Part shown: positions 53,359 through 64,000 of the stretch, piece after piece
How positions within the stretch are numbered: position 1 is the stretch's first letter
Layout: each line of letters opens with the position of its first letter
Assembly: GCF_044324875.1 (NCBI RefSeq)
Contig: NZ_CP172185.1
DNA: 64,000 bases
From: Escherichia coli
Lineage (GTDB): Bacteria > Pseudomonadota > Gammaproteobacteria > Enterobacterales > Enterobacteriaceae
Direction: 5' to 3' (one strand)
Made by a program: the position numbers and the translations under genes
The notes under the pieces: model-generated
What the model saw: the letters and a program-made list of their open reading frames with translations, nothing else
Databases searched by the model: none
What the model was told of the DNA's origin: nothing

Positions 53359-55188
53359 CTACTCTTCGTCATCGCCATCAACATGCGCACGAATCAGCGC
53401 CATGAACGGTTTGCCAAAGCGTTCCAGCTTGCGCATCCCAACGCCGTTAACGCTGAGCATTTCGCTGGCAGTGATCGGCATCTGTTCAGCCATCTCAATC
53501 AAGGTCGCGTCGTTAAACACCACGTACGGCGGGACATTGCTTTCATCGGCAATCGATTTACGCAGTTTGCGTAATTTGGCGAACAGTTTGCGATCGTAGT
53601 TGCCGCCGAAGGATTTCTGCATCGCTTTCGGTTTGAGCGCCACGATACGCGGCACGGCAAGTTGCAAAGAGGATTCGCTGCGCAGCACCGGACGCGCAGC
53701 CTCTGTCAGTTGTAGGGCAGAATGCTGGGCAATATTTTGCGTCACCAGGCCGAGGTGAATCAGCTGGCGGATCACGCTCACCCAATGTTCATGGCTTTTA
53801 TCACGGCCCATGCCATAGACTTTCAGTTTGTCATGACCATAGTCGCGGATACGCTGGTTATTAGCGCCACGAATCACTTCCACCACATAACCCATCCCAA
53901 ACCGCTGATTCACACGACCAATGGTGGAAAGGGCAATCTGAGCATCGGTTGAACCATCGTATTGTTTCGGCGGATCGAGGCAGATATCGCAGTTCCCGCA
54001 CGGCTCCTGCCGCCCTTCGCCAAAGTAGTTCAGCAGCACCAGACGACGGCAAGTTTGCGCTTCGGCAAACGCGCCCATCGCATTGAGTTTATGACGTTCG
54101 ATATCCTGTAACTGCCCCTGCGGTTTCTCTTCCAGACAACGACGCAGCCACGCCATATCCGCCGGATCGTAAAACAGCATCGCTTCCGCGGGCAGGCCAT
54201 CACGCCCGGCGCGTCCGGTTTCCTGATAATAGGATTCAATGTTGCGCGGAATATCAAAATGCACCACGAAGCGAACGTTTGGTTTATTGATGCCCATGCC
54301 GAACGCCACCGTCGCCACCACAATTTGCAGGTCATCGCGCTGGAATTTCTCCTGCACATCAGCGCGAACATTATTTTCCAGCCCGGCATGATAGGCCGCC
54401 GCGCTAATTCCCTTGCTTTGCAGGCGCGCAGCGGTGTCTTCTACTTTCGCACGACTATTACAGTAAATAATCCCCGACTTACCGCGTTGTTCCTGTACAT
54501 AACGCATCAACTGATCGAGCGGTTTGAATTTCTCCATCAGCATGTAGCGAATATTCGGACGGTCAAAACTGCTGATTTGAATCAGCGGATCGTTCAGCCC
54601 CAGCAGGCGCACGATATCCTGGCGCGTGGTGTCATCGGCTGTGGCAGTCAGCGCCATAAACGGCAGCGTCGGAAAACGCTGACGCAGCTGACCGAGGGCA
54701 GCGTATTCCGGGCGGAAATCGTGACCCCATTGGGAGATACAGTGCGCTTCATCAACGGCTAATAACACCGGATTCCAGTGCGCCAGATGCTCAAGAAAGT
54801 TATCCAGCATCAGACGTTCCGGCGCGATATAAAGCAGGCGGATTTGCCCGGTGCGACAGCCTGTCATAACTTCAAGTTGCTGCTCGCGGGTTTGCGTCGA
54901 GTTAAGGCACGCCGCCGCCACGCCGTTGGCTTGCAGTTGATCCACCTGATCTTTCATCAACGAAATCAGCGGTGAAACAACCACGGTAAGGCCGTTTAGC
55001 AATAAGGCAGGGATTTGATAGCAAAGGGATTTTCCGCCACCAGTGGGCATGACGACGAGGCAATCGCGGCCGGAAAGCACAGTGTCGATAATTTCTTCCT
55101 GGCCGGGGCGAAACTGTTGGTAGCCAAAGGTTTCTTGTAAAACCTGTTTAGCTCCGGACTCCAGATTCAACACTTCCGCCTGCGCCAC
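53359..55188 (-). CDS. recQ: ATP-dependent DNA helicase RecQ
   Basis: ORF with helicase motifs ([15 protein letters not shown]), zinc-binding and HRDC regions; start taken at the GTG giving MAQAEVLN. Confidence 0.96.
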   Translation of the reverse strand: MAQAEVLNLESGAKQVLQETFGYQQFRPGQEEIIDTVLSGRDCLVVMPTGGGKSLCYQIPALLLNGLTVVVSPLISLMKDQVDQLQANGVAAACLNSTQTREQQLEVMTGCRTGQIRLLYIAPERLMLDNFLEHLAHWNPVLLAVDEAHCISQWGHDFRPEYAALGQLRQRFPTLPFMALTATADDTTRQDIVRLLGLNDPLIQISSFDRPNIRYMLMEKFKPLDQLMRYVQEQRGKSGIIYCNSRAKVEDTAARLQSKGISAAAYHAGLENNVRADVQEKFQRDDLQIVVATVAFGMGINKPNVRFVVHFDIPRNIESYYQETGRAGRDGLPAEAMLFYDPADMAWLRRCLEEKPQGQLQDIERHKLNAMGAFAEAQTCRRLVLLNYFGEGRQEPCGNCDICLDPPKQYDGSTDAQIALSTIGRVNQRFGMGYVVEVIRGANNQRIRDYGHDKLKVYGMGRDKSHEHWVSVIRQLIHLGLVTQNIAQHSALQLTEAARPVLRSESSLQLAVPRIVALKPKAMQKSFGGNYDRKLFAKLRKLRKSIADESNVPPYVVFNDATLIEMAEQMPITASEMLSVNGVGMRKLERFGKPFMALIRAHVDGDDEE

Positions 55189-55204
55189 ATTCACCCCGAT
55201 TGCC

Positions 55205-55237
55205 TGAAATAAAAACAGGCGCTATTTTCAGCGCCTG
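55205..55237 (-). terminator. Intrinsic terminator downstream of pldA
   Basis: caggcgc...gcgcctg hairpin followed by a TTTTTATTT run on the minus strand. Confidence 0.6.
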
Positions 55238-55320
55238 CGCGAGAAACTGCAATGCTTTTAGTCTCTGAGAGGGTAATCCTGGATACTGGATTCCAGATTT
55301 GCCAACCACTCAACCGTTCA

Positions 55321-56190
55321 TCAAAACAAGTCGTTTAGCATAACCCCTACACCAACGCGGGTCTGGTTGAAGTTATAGTCGATGAGCGATTCGCCGTAAC
55401 CGCTGTAAACCTGAGTATAAAGGCGCACATGTTTGGTGATCGGGTAACTTAAGCCTAACTCCGCGCCGCCGTAGCCCGTGTTCCAGTTGTACTGTCCTTT
55501 CGCACTCAACACCGCATCACCGAGGTGATAGCCAATTTTAAGCTGGTAGTAACCCATATATTTGGTGATATCCGGGTTATCGTCAGTATTACCCACCACA
55601 TACCACGGCTTCACTTCTACCAGCCAGTTACCGTTTTCTGCCATCAGGCGAGTATAAAGGCGGTTCCAGCTGCGGGAGGTCGGGTCTGAACGCCCGTTAG
55701 AGTCGTGGTTATACCCCATCTCCACATCGCGCAGCGTCCAACCTGCAAAACGGTAATCGGTGGCAAAACCGAGGAACAATTGCGGTTCGTAGTTGGTTTC
55801 ACGAAACGGTGAAGACTCTTCGCTATTGGACAGTTGCCACCAGGATTTTTGCGTATAAGACGCACCCAATACCGAGTTCGGGCCTAAAATCCCACGCCAC
55901 AGCGGAAATGCCAGGCTCAACTGAAACTTTACTTCATCCTTACGCGCATTTTCCGCCCAGTCGTAACTGGCAATCGCTTCTTTATTCAGATCGCTGGTTT
56001 GGGTGTAGATGAGGTAGTTGGTGTCATAAGGATAGAGCGTGAACGGATTGTCATGCTCCTGCAGCATATTGGCGATAATACTGCCACGCACCGCTGGCGC
56101 GTCATGCACCTCTTTCACCGTTGCCTCTTGTGCATATACTGCCATAGGCAACATAAACACCGGCAACAACCAGCCCTGCAGAGTCCGCAT
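55321..56190 (-). CDS. pldA: Outer membrane phospholipase A
   Basis: 289-aa ORF with signal peptide; recognised as OMPLA. Confidence 0.96.
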   Translation of the reverse strand: MRTLQGWLLPVFMLPMAVYAQEATVKEVHDAPAVRGSIIANMLQEHDNPFTLYPYDTNYLIYTQTSDLNKEAIASYDWAENARKDEVKFQLSLAFPLWRGILGPNSVLGASYTQKSWWQLSNSEESSPFRETNYEPQLFLGFATDYRFAGWTLRDVEMGYNHDSNGRSDPTSRSWNRLYTRLMAENGNWLVEVKPWYVVGNTDDNPDITKYMGYYQLKIGYHLGDAVLSAKGQYNWNTGYGGAELGLSYPITKHVRLYTQVYSGYGESLIDYNFNQTRVGVGVMLNDLF

Positions 56191-56354
56191 CGGTCGTGTT
56201 CTCCGTAACGAATTATTGATAAGGTGAATATTTTTCTGCGGGCTATTTTACATACTTAACTCCATAGCCGTTAGTTATCCCTTCCTAAAGTAGAAACCAA
56301 CAACAAAGAAGCATAAAATCAACATTTCATTAACCAATGAAGTGTAAGGATGAT

Positions 56355-56822
56355 ATGTCTGCCGTACTGACCGCTGAACAAGCCCTGAAATTAGTGGGTG
56401 AGATGTTTGTTTATCACATGCCATTTAACCGCGCATTGGGGATGGAACTGGAGCGTTACGAAAAAGAGTTCGCACAGCTGGCCTTTAAAAATCAGCCAAT
56501 GATGGTGGGTAACTGGGCGCAAAGCATTTTGCACGGCGGAGTCATTGCGTCGGCGCTGGATGTCGCCGCCGGTCTGGTGTGCGTGGGAAGTACCTTAACC
56601 CGCCACGAAACCATCAGTGAAGATGAACTACGCCAGCGGCTATCGCGGATGGGGACCATTGATCTTCGCGTTGATTATCTGCGCCCAGGCAGGGGCGAGC
56701 GTTTTACTGCTACCAGTAGTCTGTTGCGTGCAGGCAATAAAGTCGCCGTCGCCCGCGTTGAATTACACAATGAAGAACAGCTTTATATTGCCAGCGCTAC
56801 AGCCACCTATATGGTAGGTTGA
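56355..56822 (+). CDS. yigI: Hotdog-fold acyl-CoA thioesterase YigI
   Basis: Start chosen at [18 protein letters not shown] (155 aa). Confidence 0.9.
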   Translation: MSAVLTAEQALKLVGEMFVYHMPFNRALGMELERYEKEFAQLAFKNQPMMVGNWAQSILHGGVIASALDVAAGLVCVGSTLTRHETISEDELRQRLSRMGTIDLRVDYLRPGRGERFTATSSLLRAGNKVAVARVELHNEEQLYIASATATYMVG

Positions 56823-56873
56823 TAACGTAAAAGCAGGTAAACTGCTGTTACCAATTAAAAATGAGTATTCCCG

Positions 56874-57764
56874 ATGGATGCAAAACAAACGCGGCAGGGC
56901 GTATTACTCGCTCTTGCCGCTTATTTTATTTGGGGTATTGCGCCAGCGTACTTCAAGCTGATTTACTACGTGCCCGCCGATGAGATCCTGACGCATCGCG
57001 TGATCTGGTCGTTTTTCTTTATGGTGGTGCTGATGAGCATTTGCCGCCAGTGGTCCTATTTAAAAACGCTGATTCAGACGCCACAGAAAATTTTTATGCT
57101 GGCAGTCTCTGCCGTGCTGATTGGTGGCAACTGGCTACTGTTTATCTGGGCGGTGAACAATCACCATATGCTGGAAGCGAGCCTTGGTTACTTTATTAAC
57201 CCGCTGGTGAACATTGTGCTGGGGATGATTTTCCTCGGCGAGCGATTCCGCCGGATGCAATGGCTGGCGGTGATTCTGGCGATATGTGGCGTGTTGGTTC
57301 AGTTGTGGACTTTTGGTTCACTGCCGATTATCGCGCTGGGGCTGGCGTTTAGTTTTGCCTTCTACGGCCTGGTACGCAAGAAGATTGCTGTTGAAGCGCA
57401 AACCGGCATGTTAATCGAAACTATGTGGTTGCTGCCCGTGGCGGCGATTTACCTGTTTGCTATTGCCGACAGCGCAACCAGCCATATGGGGCAAAACCCG
57501 ATGTCGCTGAATTTACTGCTGATCGCCGCCGGTATTGTCACTACCGTACCGCTGTTGTGTTTTACTGCGGCTGCGACACGCCTGCGTCTCTCAACGTTAG
57601 GCTTTTTTCAGTACATTGGCCCGACGCTGATGTTCCTGCTGGCTGTGACGTTTTATGGCGAAAAACCGGGTGCCGATAAGATGGTGACCTTCGCCTTTAT
57701 TTGGGTGGCGCTGGCAATTTTTGTGATGGATGCGATTTATACGCAGCGTAGAACGTCCAAATAA
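56874..57764 (+). CDS. rarD: EamA/DMT-family transporter RarD
   Basis: 296-aa polytopic membrane ORF. Confidence 0.93.
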   Translation: MDAKQTRQGVLLALAAYFIWGIAPAYFKLIYYVPADEILTHRVIWSFFFMVVLMSICRQWSYLKTLIQTPQKIFMLAVSAVLIGGNWLLFIWAVNNHHMLEASLGYFINPLVNIVLGMIFLGERFRRMQWLAVILAICGVLVQLWTFGSLPIIALGLAFSFAFYGLVRKKIAVEAQTGMLIETMWLLPVAAIYLFAIADSATSHMGQNPMSLNLLLIAAGIVTTVPLLCFTAAATRLRLSTLGFFQYIGPTLMFLLAVTFYGEKPGADKMVTFAFIWVALAIFVMDAIYTQRRTSK

Positions 57765-57858
57765 AAAATAAATATATTCTGAAAAAATATGCCGACTCTT
57801 GCATGAGAGTGGGCATATTGCCATGCTGACAGGAGACTCACACAAGGATGTAAAATTT

Positions 57859-58239
57859 ATGTTGCGTATATTTATCCCAACATCTAACGGTAAGATTTCC
57901 AGACGCCGTTATATATTTTCATTTATTTTAATAAATTTCATTTTTGCCTTTCTTATTATCTTTTTTAACGATGGGGACGCAGGTTTTCTTGTTATTGTCT
58001 CTACCATCGCACTCCATTATCTCGTCATCAACATAAATTGCCAACGACTCCGTGATAGTGGTTTCATATATATAAAAACTTATGTTTTTGGTACATTAGC
58101 AGTATATATCATCTCTATCATCACAATGATAGCCGAACATTTTGATTGTTCAGGCAATGGTTCGATGATTTTTTTGATTTGTTATTTTTCCACTTTCAGT
58201 ATGCTAATGCTTGCACCTACTGATTCATCAAAACAATAG
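57859..58239 (+). CDS. yigG: Inner membrane protein YigG
   Basis: Start chosen at [18 protein letters not shown]; AT-rich; three predicted TM segments. Confidence 0.75.
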   Translation: MLRIFIPTSNGKISRRRYIFSFILINFIFAFLIIFFNDGDAGFLVIVSTIALHYLVININCQRLRDSGFIYIKTYVFGTLAVYIISIITMIAEHFDCSGNGSMIFLICYFSTFSMLMLAPTDSSKQ

Positions 58240-58252
58240 TTATGGAGTATTT

Positions 58253-58633
58253 ATGAGTAAGGAGTATATGAACGATGGTTCATTAAGTGAAAAATGGAAA
58301 TACCGATTTAACTTTTATGATCAACATGGCTTTCCTGGATTCTGGGGGGCAACACCAGAATATAAAGCAGCATTTAAAACATTAAAAGTAAGACAACGAT
58401 TAACTATTCAAATGAATTTCATTGCTTTCTTCTGTTCCTGGATCTATTTATTTGTTCTGGGATTATGGAAAAAAGCAATTATAGTTCTATTACTTGGCAT
58501 TCTATCTCTATTTGTTGGTGCACTAATTGGCGTTAACATTCTGGGAATTGCCGTAGCAGCCTATGTTGCTGTTAACACGAACAAATGGTTTTATGAGAAA
58601 GAGGTAAAAGGGTTAAATACCTGGAGCCTTTGA
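58253..58633 (+). CDS. yigF: Inner membrane protein YigF (DUF2628)
   Basis: Start chosen at MSKEYMNDGSLSEKWKYRF; AT-rich; two TM segments. Confidence 0.75.
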   Translation: MSKEYMNDGSLSEKWKYRFNFYDQHGFPGFWGATPEYKAAFKTLKVRQRLTIQMNFIAFFCSWIYLFVLGLWKKAIIVLLLGILSLFVGALIGVNILGIAVAAYVAVNTNKWFYEKEVKGLNTWSL

Positions 58634-58640
58634 ATAACAG

Positions 58641-58678
58641 GTGGCTTAGCCAGGCTAAGCCACCGCTCTCGTTTTTTA
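58641..58678 (+). terminator. Intrinsic terminator after yigF
   Basis: ggtggcttagcc / ggctaagccacc hairpin followed by gctctcgtttttt. Confidence 0.6.
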
Positions 58679-59626
58679 CAACCAGTTCTTCCGCTTAAAG
58701 TACAAATACGGTGCCAGGCCCGCGAGGATCATAAAGATAATCGCGCCAGGGTAGCCGAAACTCCACTTCAGTTCCGGCATAAACTCAAAGTTCATCCCGT
58801 AGCTGGAAGCAACCAGTGTTGGCGGCAGGAACACGACGGATACCACCGAGAAGATTTTGATGATGCGGTTCTGCTCGATATTGATAAAGCCCATCGCCGC
58901 CTGCATCAGGAAGTTCACCTTCTGGAACAGAGATTCGTTATGCGGCAGCAGGGATTCGATATCTCGCAGGATTTCACGCGCCTGCTCCAGTTGACCACCC
59001 GGTAAACGCGCCTTGCGTACCAGGAAGTTGAGCGCGCGCTGGGTATCCATCAGACACAGGCGAACTTTCCAGCCGATATCTTCCAGTTCCGCCAGCGTGG
59101 AGAGCGCCTCGTCGTACTCATCGCCCTGATGCCCTTCCATAATTACCCGGCTCAACTGCTCCAGGTCGCTGTAGATATTTTCAATTTCATCTGCCAACTG
59201 TTCGATTTTGGTTTCGAACAGATCCAGCAGCAGCTCGTAGGCGTTACCGTCCACCATTGACTGGCTACGGGCACGCATACGATACAGACGGAATGCAGGC
59301 AGTTCACGCTCACGCAGAGTAAACAGACGACCATCACGGATGGTAAATGCCACAGTGGAGTTACCGGCGTGATCTTCCGCATCTTCAAAGAAGAAGAAGG
59401 AGTGAATATGCAGGCCGTCATCGTCTTCAAAGAAACGTGCCGATGCTTCGATGTCTTCCAGTTCCGGGCGGGTTGCCAGGCTCTGGCCAAGTTCAGATTG
59501 TACGCGCAGTCGCTCGTCGTCGTCCGGTTCGACAAGATCAATCCATACTGCATTTACAAGGGGTTGTGACTCTTCGACTTCCAGCCGGGTCAGTCGGTTA
59601 TTTTCCAGTTGAAATGCGCTCAGCAT
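58676..59626 (-). CDS. corA: Magnesium/cobalt transporter CorA
   Basis: Start chosen at [17 protein letters not shown] (316 aa); GMN motif (YGMNF) and C-terminal TM segments. Confidence 0.96.
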   Translation of the reverse strand: MLSAFQLENNRLTRLEVEESQPLVNAVWIDLVEPDDDERLRVQSELGQSLATRPELEDIEASARFFEDDDGLHIHSFFFFEDAEDHAGNSTVAFTIRDGRLFTLRERELPAFRLYRMRARSQSMVDGNAYELLLDLFETKIEQLADEIENIYSDLEQLSRVIMEGHQGDEYDEALSTLAELEDIGWKVRLCLMDTQRALNFLVRKARLPGGQLEQAREILRDIESLLPHNESLFQKVNFLMQAAMGFINIEQNRIIKIFSVVSVVFLPPTLVASSYGMNFEFMPELKWSFGYPGAIIFMILAGLAPYLYFKRKNWL

Positions 59627-59995
59627 GACCGGGACTCCCAATGCTTAAAATATCGGACAGTTCGGTGGGCACACAGAAACAAATTGGGTTTCAGACCATT
59701 AAACAGCCTGACTCAGCGCGACGGGAAAAATTGAGGTCGCTGACAACCGCTAAGGCTATCAGCAAAAAGGGATAGCCTTAGGAGTTGATCCTGGATGACA
59801 GGATAGTGAGCCAGTATCTACTGGGTGTGTCCAAGGCGAATGTCCTCTTAGAGTGATCGTGCGCGCATGTTACGCCAGCAAAATTTTGCCGTCAACACGC
59901 AACAGAACACCACAGAACAATAGTTGAACTTCGCGCTTTTTGGTACTCGTCAAGGTCGCTAACAGGATAAAAAAATCCCACATCCAGGACCTATA

Positions 59996-60760
<765 letters not shown>

Positions 60761-60842
60761 GCATTGTACACTCGAGGAGGCCAGACAAACTGGGACTGGC
60801 TACACAGCTGGAAAATCATCAGATAAATGAAGGGAAACAAAA

Positions 60843-61745
60843 ATGAAAAAAACGCTCGCAACGTTATTTTTATTAACGTGTCTGGGATCATCATCCGCCT
60901 ATGCGGATAACGCTCTGATTTTACAAACTGATTTTAGCCTGAAAGATGGTGCCGTCTCGGCGATGAAAGGGGTCGCATTCGGCGTTGACCATAATCTTAA
61001 AATCTTTGATTTAACACACGAAATTCCACCGTATAACATCTGGGAAGGCGCTTATCGTCTGTATCAGACTGCCAGTTACTGGCCGCAAGGTTCGGTGTTT
61101 GTTAGCGTGGTCGATCCGGGCGTAGGCACTGACCGTAAATCGGTAGTGCTGAAAACCAAAAACGGTCAATACTTCGTTTCACCAGATAACGGTACGCTCA
61201 CTTTGGTGGCACAAACTCTGGGTATTGATAGCGTCCGGGAAATCGACGAAAAAGCTAACCGCCTGAAAGGTTCTGAAAAGTCATATACCTTCCACGGTCG
61301 TGATGTGTATGCCTACACCGGTGCGCGTCTGGCTTCCGGGGCGATTACGTTCGAACAGGTGGGGCCAGAGCTTCCTGCAAAAGTTGTCGAACTTTCTTAT
61401 CAGAAAGCCAAAGCAACAAAAGGTGAAGTGAAGGGCAATATCCCGATTCTCGATATTCAGTACGGCAACGTCTGGAGCAATATCAGCGACGAGTTGCTGA
61501 ATCAGGCAGGAATCAAACTCAACGACACGTTGTGTGTGACCATTTCCGAAGGTTCCCAGCAAAAATACGCAGGGAAAATGCCGTATGTCGCAAGCTTCGG
61601 CGATGTGCCGGAAGGCCAGCCGATGGTGTATCTGAACAGCTTGTTGAATGTTTCCGTGGCGCTGAATATGGATAATTTCGCGCAGAAACATCAGGTTACG
61701 TCTGGTGCTGACTGGAATATTGATGTGAAGAAGTGCGCTAAGTAA
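60843..61745 (+). CDS. SAM hydroxide adenosyltransferase (DUF62)-like protein with N-terminal signal peptide
   Basis: 300-aa ORF; MKKTLATLFLLTCLGSSSAYA looks like a Sec signal peptide; the mature part fits the DUF62 pattern (LQTDFSLKDGAVSAMKGV...VVDPGVGTDRK...SPDNGTL). Confidence 0.7.
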   Translation: MKKTLATLFLLTCLGSSSAYADNALILQTDFSLKDGAVSAMKGVAFGVDHNLKIFDLTHEIPPYNIWEGAYRLYQTASYWPQGSVFVSVVDPGVGTDRKSVVLKTKNGQYFVSPDNGTLTLVAQTLGIDSVREIDEKANRLKGSEKSYTFHGRDVYAYTGARLASGAITFEQVGPELPAKVVELSYQKAKATKGEVKGNIPILDIQYGNVWSNISDELLNQAGIKLNDTLCVTISEGSQQKYAGKMPYVASFGDVPEGQPMVYLNSLLNVSVALNMDNFAQKHQVTSGADWNIDVKKCAK

Positions 61746-61756
61746 GGTGCTGATGC

Positions 61757-61787
61757 GGGATGCGGTGTGGCGCACCGCATCCCGCAA
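61757..61787. repeat. REP-like palindrome / bidirectional terminator
   Basis: gcgggatgcggtg tggcg caccgcatcccgc between the convergent DUF62 gene and uvrD. Confidence 0.6.
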
Positions 61788-61789
61788 CG

Positions 61790-63952
61790 TCACACCGTCT
61801 CCAACCGGGCGTAAGCCGCCACCAGCCATTTAATACCCTGGCCCTGGAATGCCACCTGCAAACGGCTATGCTCACCGCTGCCTTCCATATTGACGATGGT
61901 GCCTTCACCAAACTTAGCGTGGCGTACGCGCTGGCCGAGCTTGTAGCCGCTGTCGTTCTCGACCATCGGCGTACCCATCCGTTGATGGCTGACCGGGCGG
62001 CTTACCGTGGCGCGCAGGCGCACCTCTTCCACACACTCTTCCGGCAGCTCGCCGATAAAGCGCGACGGGCGATGGTAAACCTCTTTGCCATACAGACGGC
62101 GGGTTTCCGCGTAGGTCAGCGTCAGTTTCTGCATCGCGCGGGTTACGCCAACGTAGGCCAGACGGCGTTCTTCTTCCAGACGTCCGCCTTCATCCAGCGA
62201 CATCTGGCTTGGGAACATGCCCTCTTCCATACCGACGATAAACACCTGCGGGAACTCCAGACCTTTCGCCGAGTGTAGCGTCATCAACTGCACCGCATCC
62301 TGCCAGGTATCCGCCTGCCCTTCACCTGCTTCCAGTGCCGCATGGGAGAGGAACGCCTGCAGCGGCATTAAATCTTCGTCTTCTTCGTTGTAGCTGAACT
62401 GGCGCGTCGCCGTCACCAGTTCCTCTAAGTTTTCGATACGCGTCTGGCCTTTTTCGCCCTTCTCCTGCTCGTACATGGTGCGCAGGCCGGAGTCTTTAAT
62501 GACCCGGTCAGTCTGTACATGCAGCGGCATATCGGCAGTTTCCTGCGCTAAGGCGTCGATCAGTTCCATAAACCGTTGCAAGGCACTGGCAGCACGTCCG
62601 GCGAGGGCTTTTTCCTGCAACAGTTCACGACATGCCTGCCAGAGTGTTAACTGGCGATCGCGCGATGTCTGACGTACCACGTCCAGCGTCCGGTCACCAA
62701 TACCCCGCGTTGGCGTATTCACCACGCGCTCAAAGGCCGCGTCGTCGTTGCGGTTGGCAATCAGGCGCAGATATGAGAGCGCGTCTTTGATTTCCTGGCG
62801 TTCGAAGAAGCGCATCCCGCCGTAAATACGGTACGGCATACTCGCCTGCAACAGTGCTTCTTCCAGCACGCGCGACTGGGCGTTGCTGCGGTAGAGAATG
62901 GCGCACTCGGCGAGCGCCCCGCCGTTATCCTGCCAGGTCTTGATACGGTTAACCACAAAACGCGCTTCGTCGAGTTCGTTAAAAGCGCAATAGAGGGAAA
63001 TCGGCTCACCGTCCGCGCCATCGGTCCACAGTTTTTTACCCAGACGCCCGTTGTTGTTTTCAATCAGGGCGTTCGCGGCGCTCAGAATATTGCTGGTAGA
63101 GCGGTAGTTCTGCTCCAGACGGATAGTTTCAGCACCGGGGAAATCATTGAGAAAACGCTGAATATTCTCGACCTGCGCCCCACGCCAGCCGTAGATTGAC
63201 TGGTCGTCATCACCGACGATCATCACTTTGCCGGTGTCGCCCGCCAGCAGGCGGATCCACGCGTACTGAATGTTGTTGGTATCCTGGAATTCGTCCACCA
63301 GGATGTTGGTAAAACGTTCGCGGTAGTGTTGCAGGATATGCGGCTTGTTAAGCCACAACTCGTGAGCGCGCAGCAGCAGCTCGGCGAAGTCCACCAGGCC
63401 CGCACGATCGCACGCTTCCTGATACGCCTGATACACCTTCTGCCAGGTCTGCTCCACCGGGTTACCGTAGCTTTGAATATGATGCGGACGCAGGCCTTCA
63501 TCTTTCTGGCTGTTGATGTACCACATTGCCTGGCGCGGCGGCCACTGCTTCTCGTCGAGGTTCATAGCTTTGATCAGACGCTTAAGCAGGCGTAGCTGGT
63601 CTTCACTGTCGAGGATCTGGAAATCCTGCGGCAGATTGGCGTCCATATGGTGCGCACGCAGCAAACGGTGCGCCAGCCCGTGGAAGGTGCCGACCCACAT
63701 GCCGCCCTGGCTGGTGCCCATCAGTTGCCCGATACGATGACGCATCTCCGCCGCCGCTTTGTTGGTAAACGTCACAGCCATAATCGAGTATGGCGAGCAG
63801 TTTTCCACGCTCATCAGCCAGGCGATACGATGCACCAGTACGCGCGTCTTACCACTGCCCGCGCCCGCCAGCACCAGAAGGTTGCTGCGTGGCGCGGCCA
63901 CCGCTTCGCGCTGTTTGTCATTAAGGCTGTCGAGCAGGTAAGAAACGTCCAT
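61790..63952 (-). CDS. uvrD: DNA helicase II
   Basis: ORF with UvrD/Rep helicase motifs (AGAGSGKTRVL, VDEFQDTN); start chosen at MDVSYLLDSLNDKQREAV (720 aa). Confidence 0.97.
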   Translation of the reverse strand: MDVSYLLDSLNDKQREAVAAPRSNLLVLAGAGSGKTRVLVHRIAWLMSVENCSPYSIMAVTFTNKAAAEMRHRIGQLMGTSQGGMWVGTFHGLAHRLLRAHHMDANLPQDFQILDSEDQLRLLKRLIKAMNLDEKQWPPRQAMWYINSQKDEGLRPHHIQSYGNPVEQTWQKVYQAYQEACDRAGLVDFAELLLRAHELWLNKPHILQHYRERFTNILVDEFQDTNNIQYAWIRLLAGDTGKVMIVGDDDQSIYGWRGAQVENIQRFLNDFPGAETIRLEQNYRSTSNILSAANALIENNNGRLGKKLWTDGADGEPISLYCAFNELDEARFVVNRIKTWQDNGGALAECAILYRSNAQSRVLEEALLQASMPYRIYGGMRFFERQEIKDALSYLRLIANRNDDAAFERVVNTPTRGIGDRTLDVVRQTSRDRQLTLWQACRELLQEKALAGRAASALQRFMELIDALAQETADMPLHVQTDRVIKDSGLRTMYEQEKGEKGQTRIENLEELVTATRQFSYNEEDEDLMPLQAFLSHAALEAGEGQADTWQDAVQLMTLHSAKGLEFPQVFIVGMEEGMFPSQMSLDEGGRLEEERRLAYVGVTRAMQKLTLTYAETRRLYGKEVYHRPSRFIGELPEECVEEVRLRATVSRPVSHQRMGTPMVENDSGYKLGQRVRHAKFGEGTIVNMEGSGEHSRLQVAFQGQGIKWLVAAYARLETV

Positions 63953-64000
63953 TGGCACCGCCGCGTAAAAATAGGTTGGGCGGAGAAGCGCAACGCCCTC

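Noticed and set aside
61281-62278. Minus ORF of 182 aa and + ORF of 172 aa
   Set aside because: Antisense to the DUF62-like gene and to uvrD respectively.

Overview
This window reads as an Escherichia coli chromosomal segment, colinear with the K-12 typA-glnALG ... rrnA ... tat/ubi ... metE-metR ... recQ-pldA ... corA-uvrD region in reverse-complement orientation. All gene identifications are from reading the supplied translations and sequence; no database search was run. Nearly everything is conserved core: glnA/glnL/glnG with their sigma54/NtrC control region, hemN, yihI, the sRNAs csrC and spf, engB, polA, dsbA, mobAB, a complete rrn operon (16S, tRNA-Ile, tRNA-Ala, 23S, 5S), hemG, trkH, pepQ, fadBA, fre, ubiD, rfaH, tatABCD, ubiB/J/E, rmuC, udp, ysgA, metE/metR, pldB, rhtB/rhtC, recQ, pldA, rarD, corA and uvrD. 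The stand-out is an AT-rich insertion of about 2.3 kb between ysgA and the 3' end of metE (43472..45738). It encodes a 377-aa protein whose N-terminal ~155 aa match the Hcp type VI secretion tube-protein family, fused to a ~220-aa C-terminal extension I cannot assign to a family. It is followed, with an ATGA stop/start overlap, by two tandem paralogous ~85-aa genes with the arrangement expected of immunity genes. No other T6SS genes are in the window, so this looks like an orphan Hcp-toxin/immunity island. A second, weaker accessory candidate is a signal-peptide-bearing SAM hydroxide adenosyltransferase (DUF62)-like gene between yigE and uvrD (60843..61745). Coordinates of RNA genes and regulatory sites were placed by hand against remembered reference sequences and may be off by a few bases.
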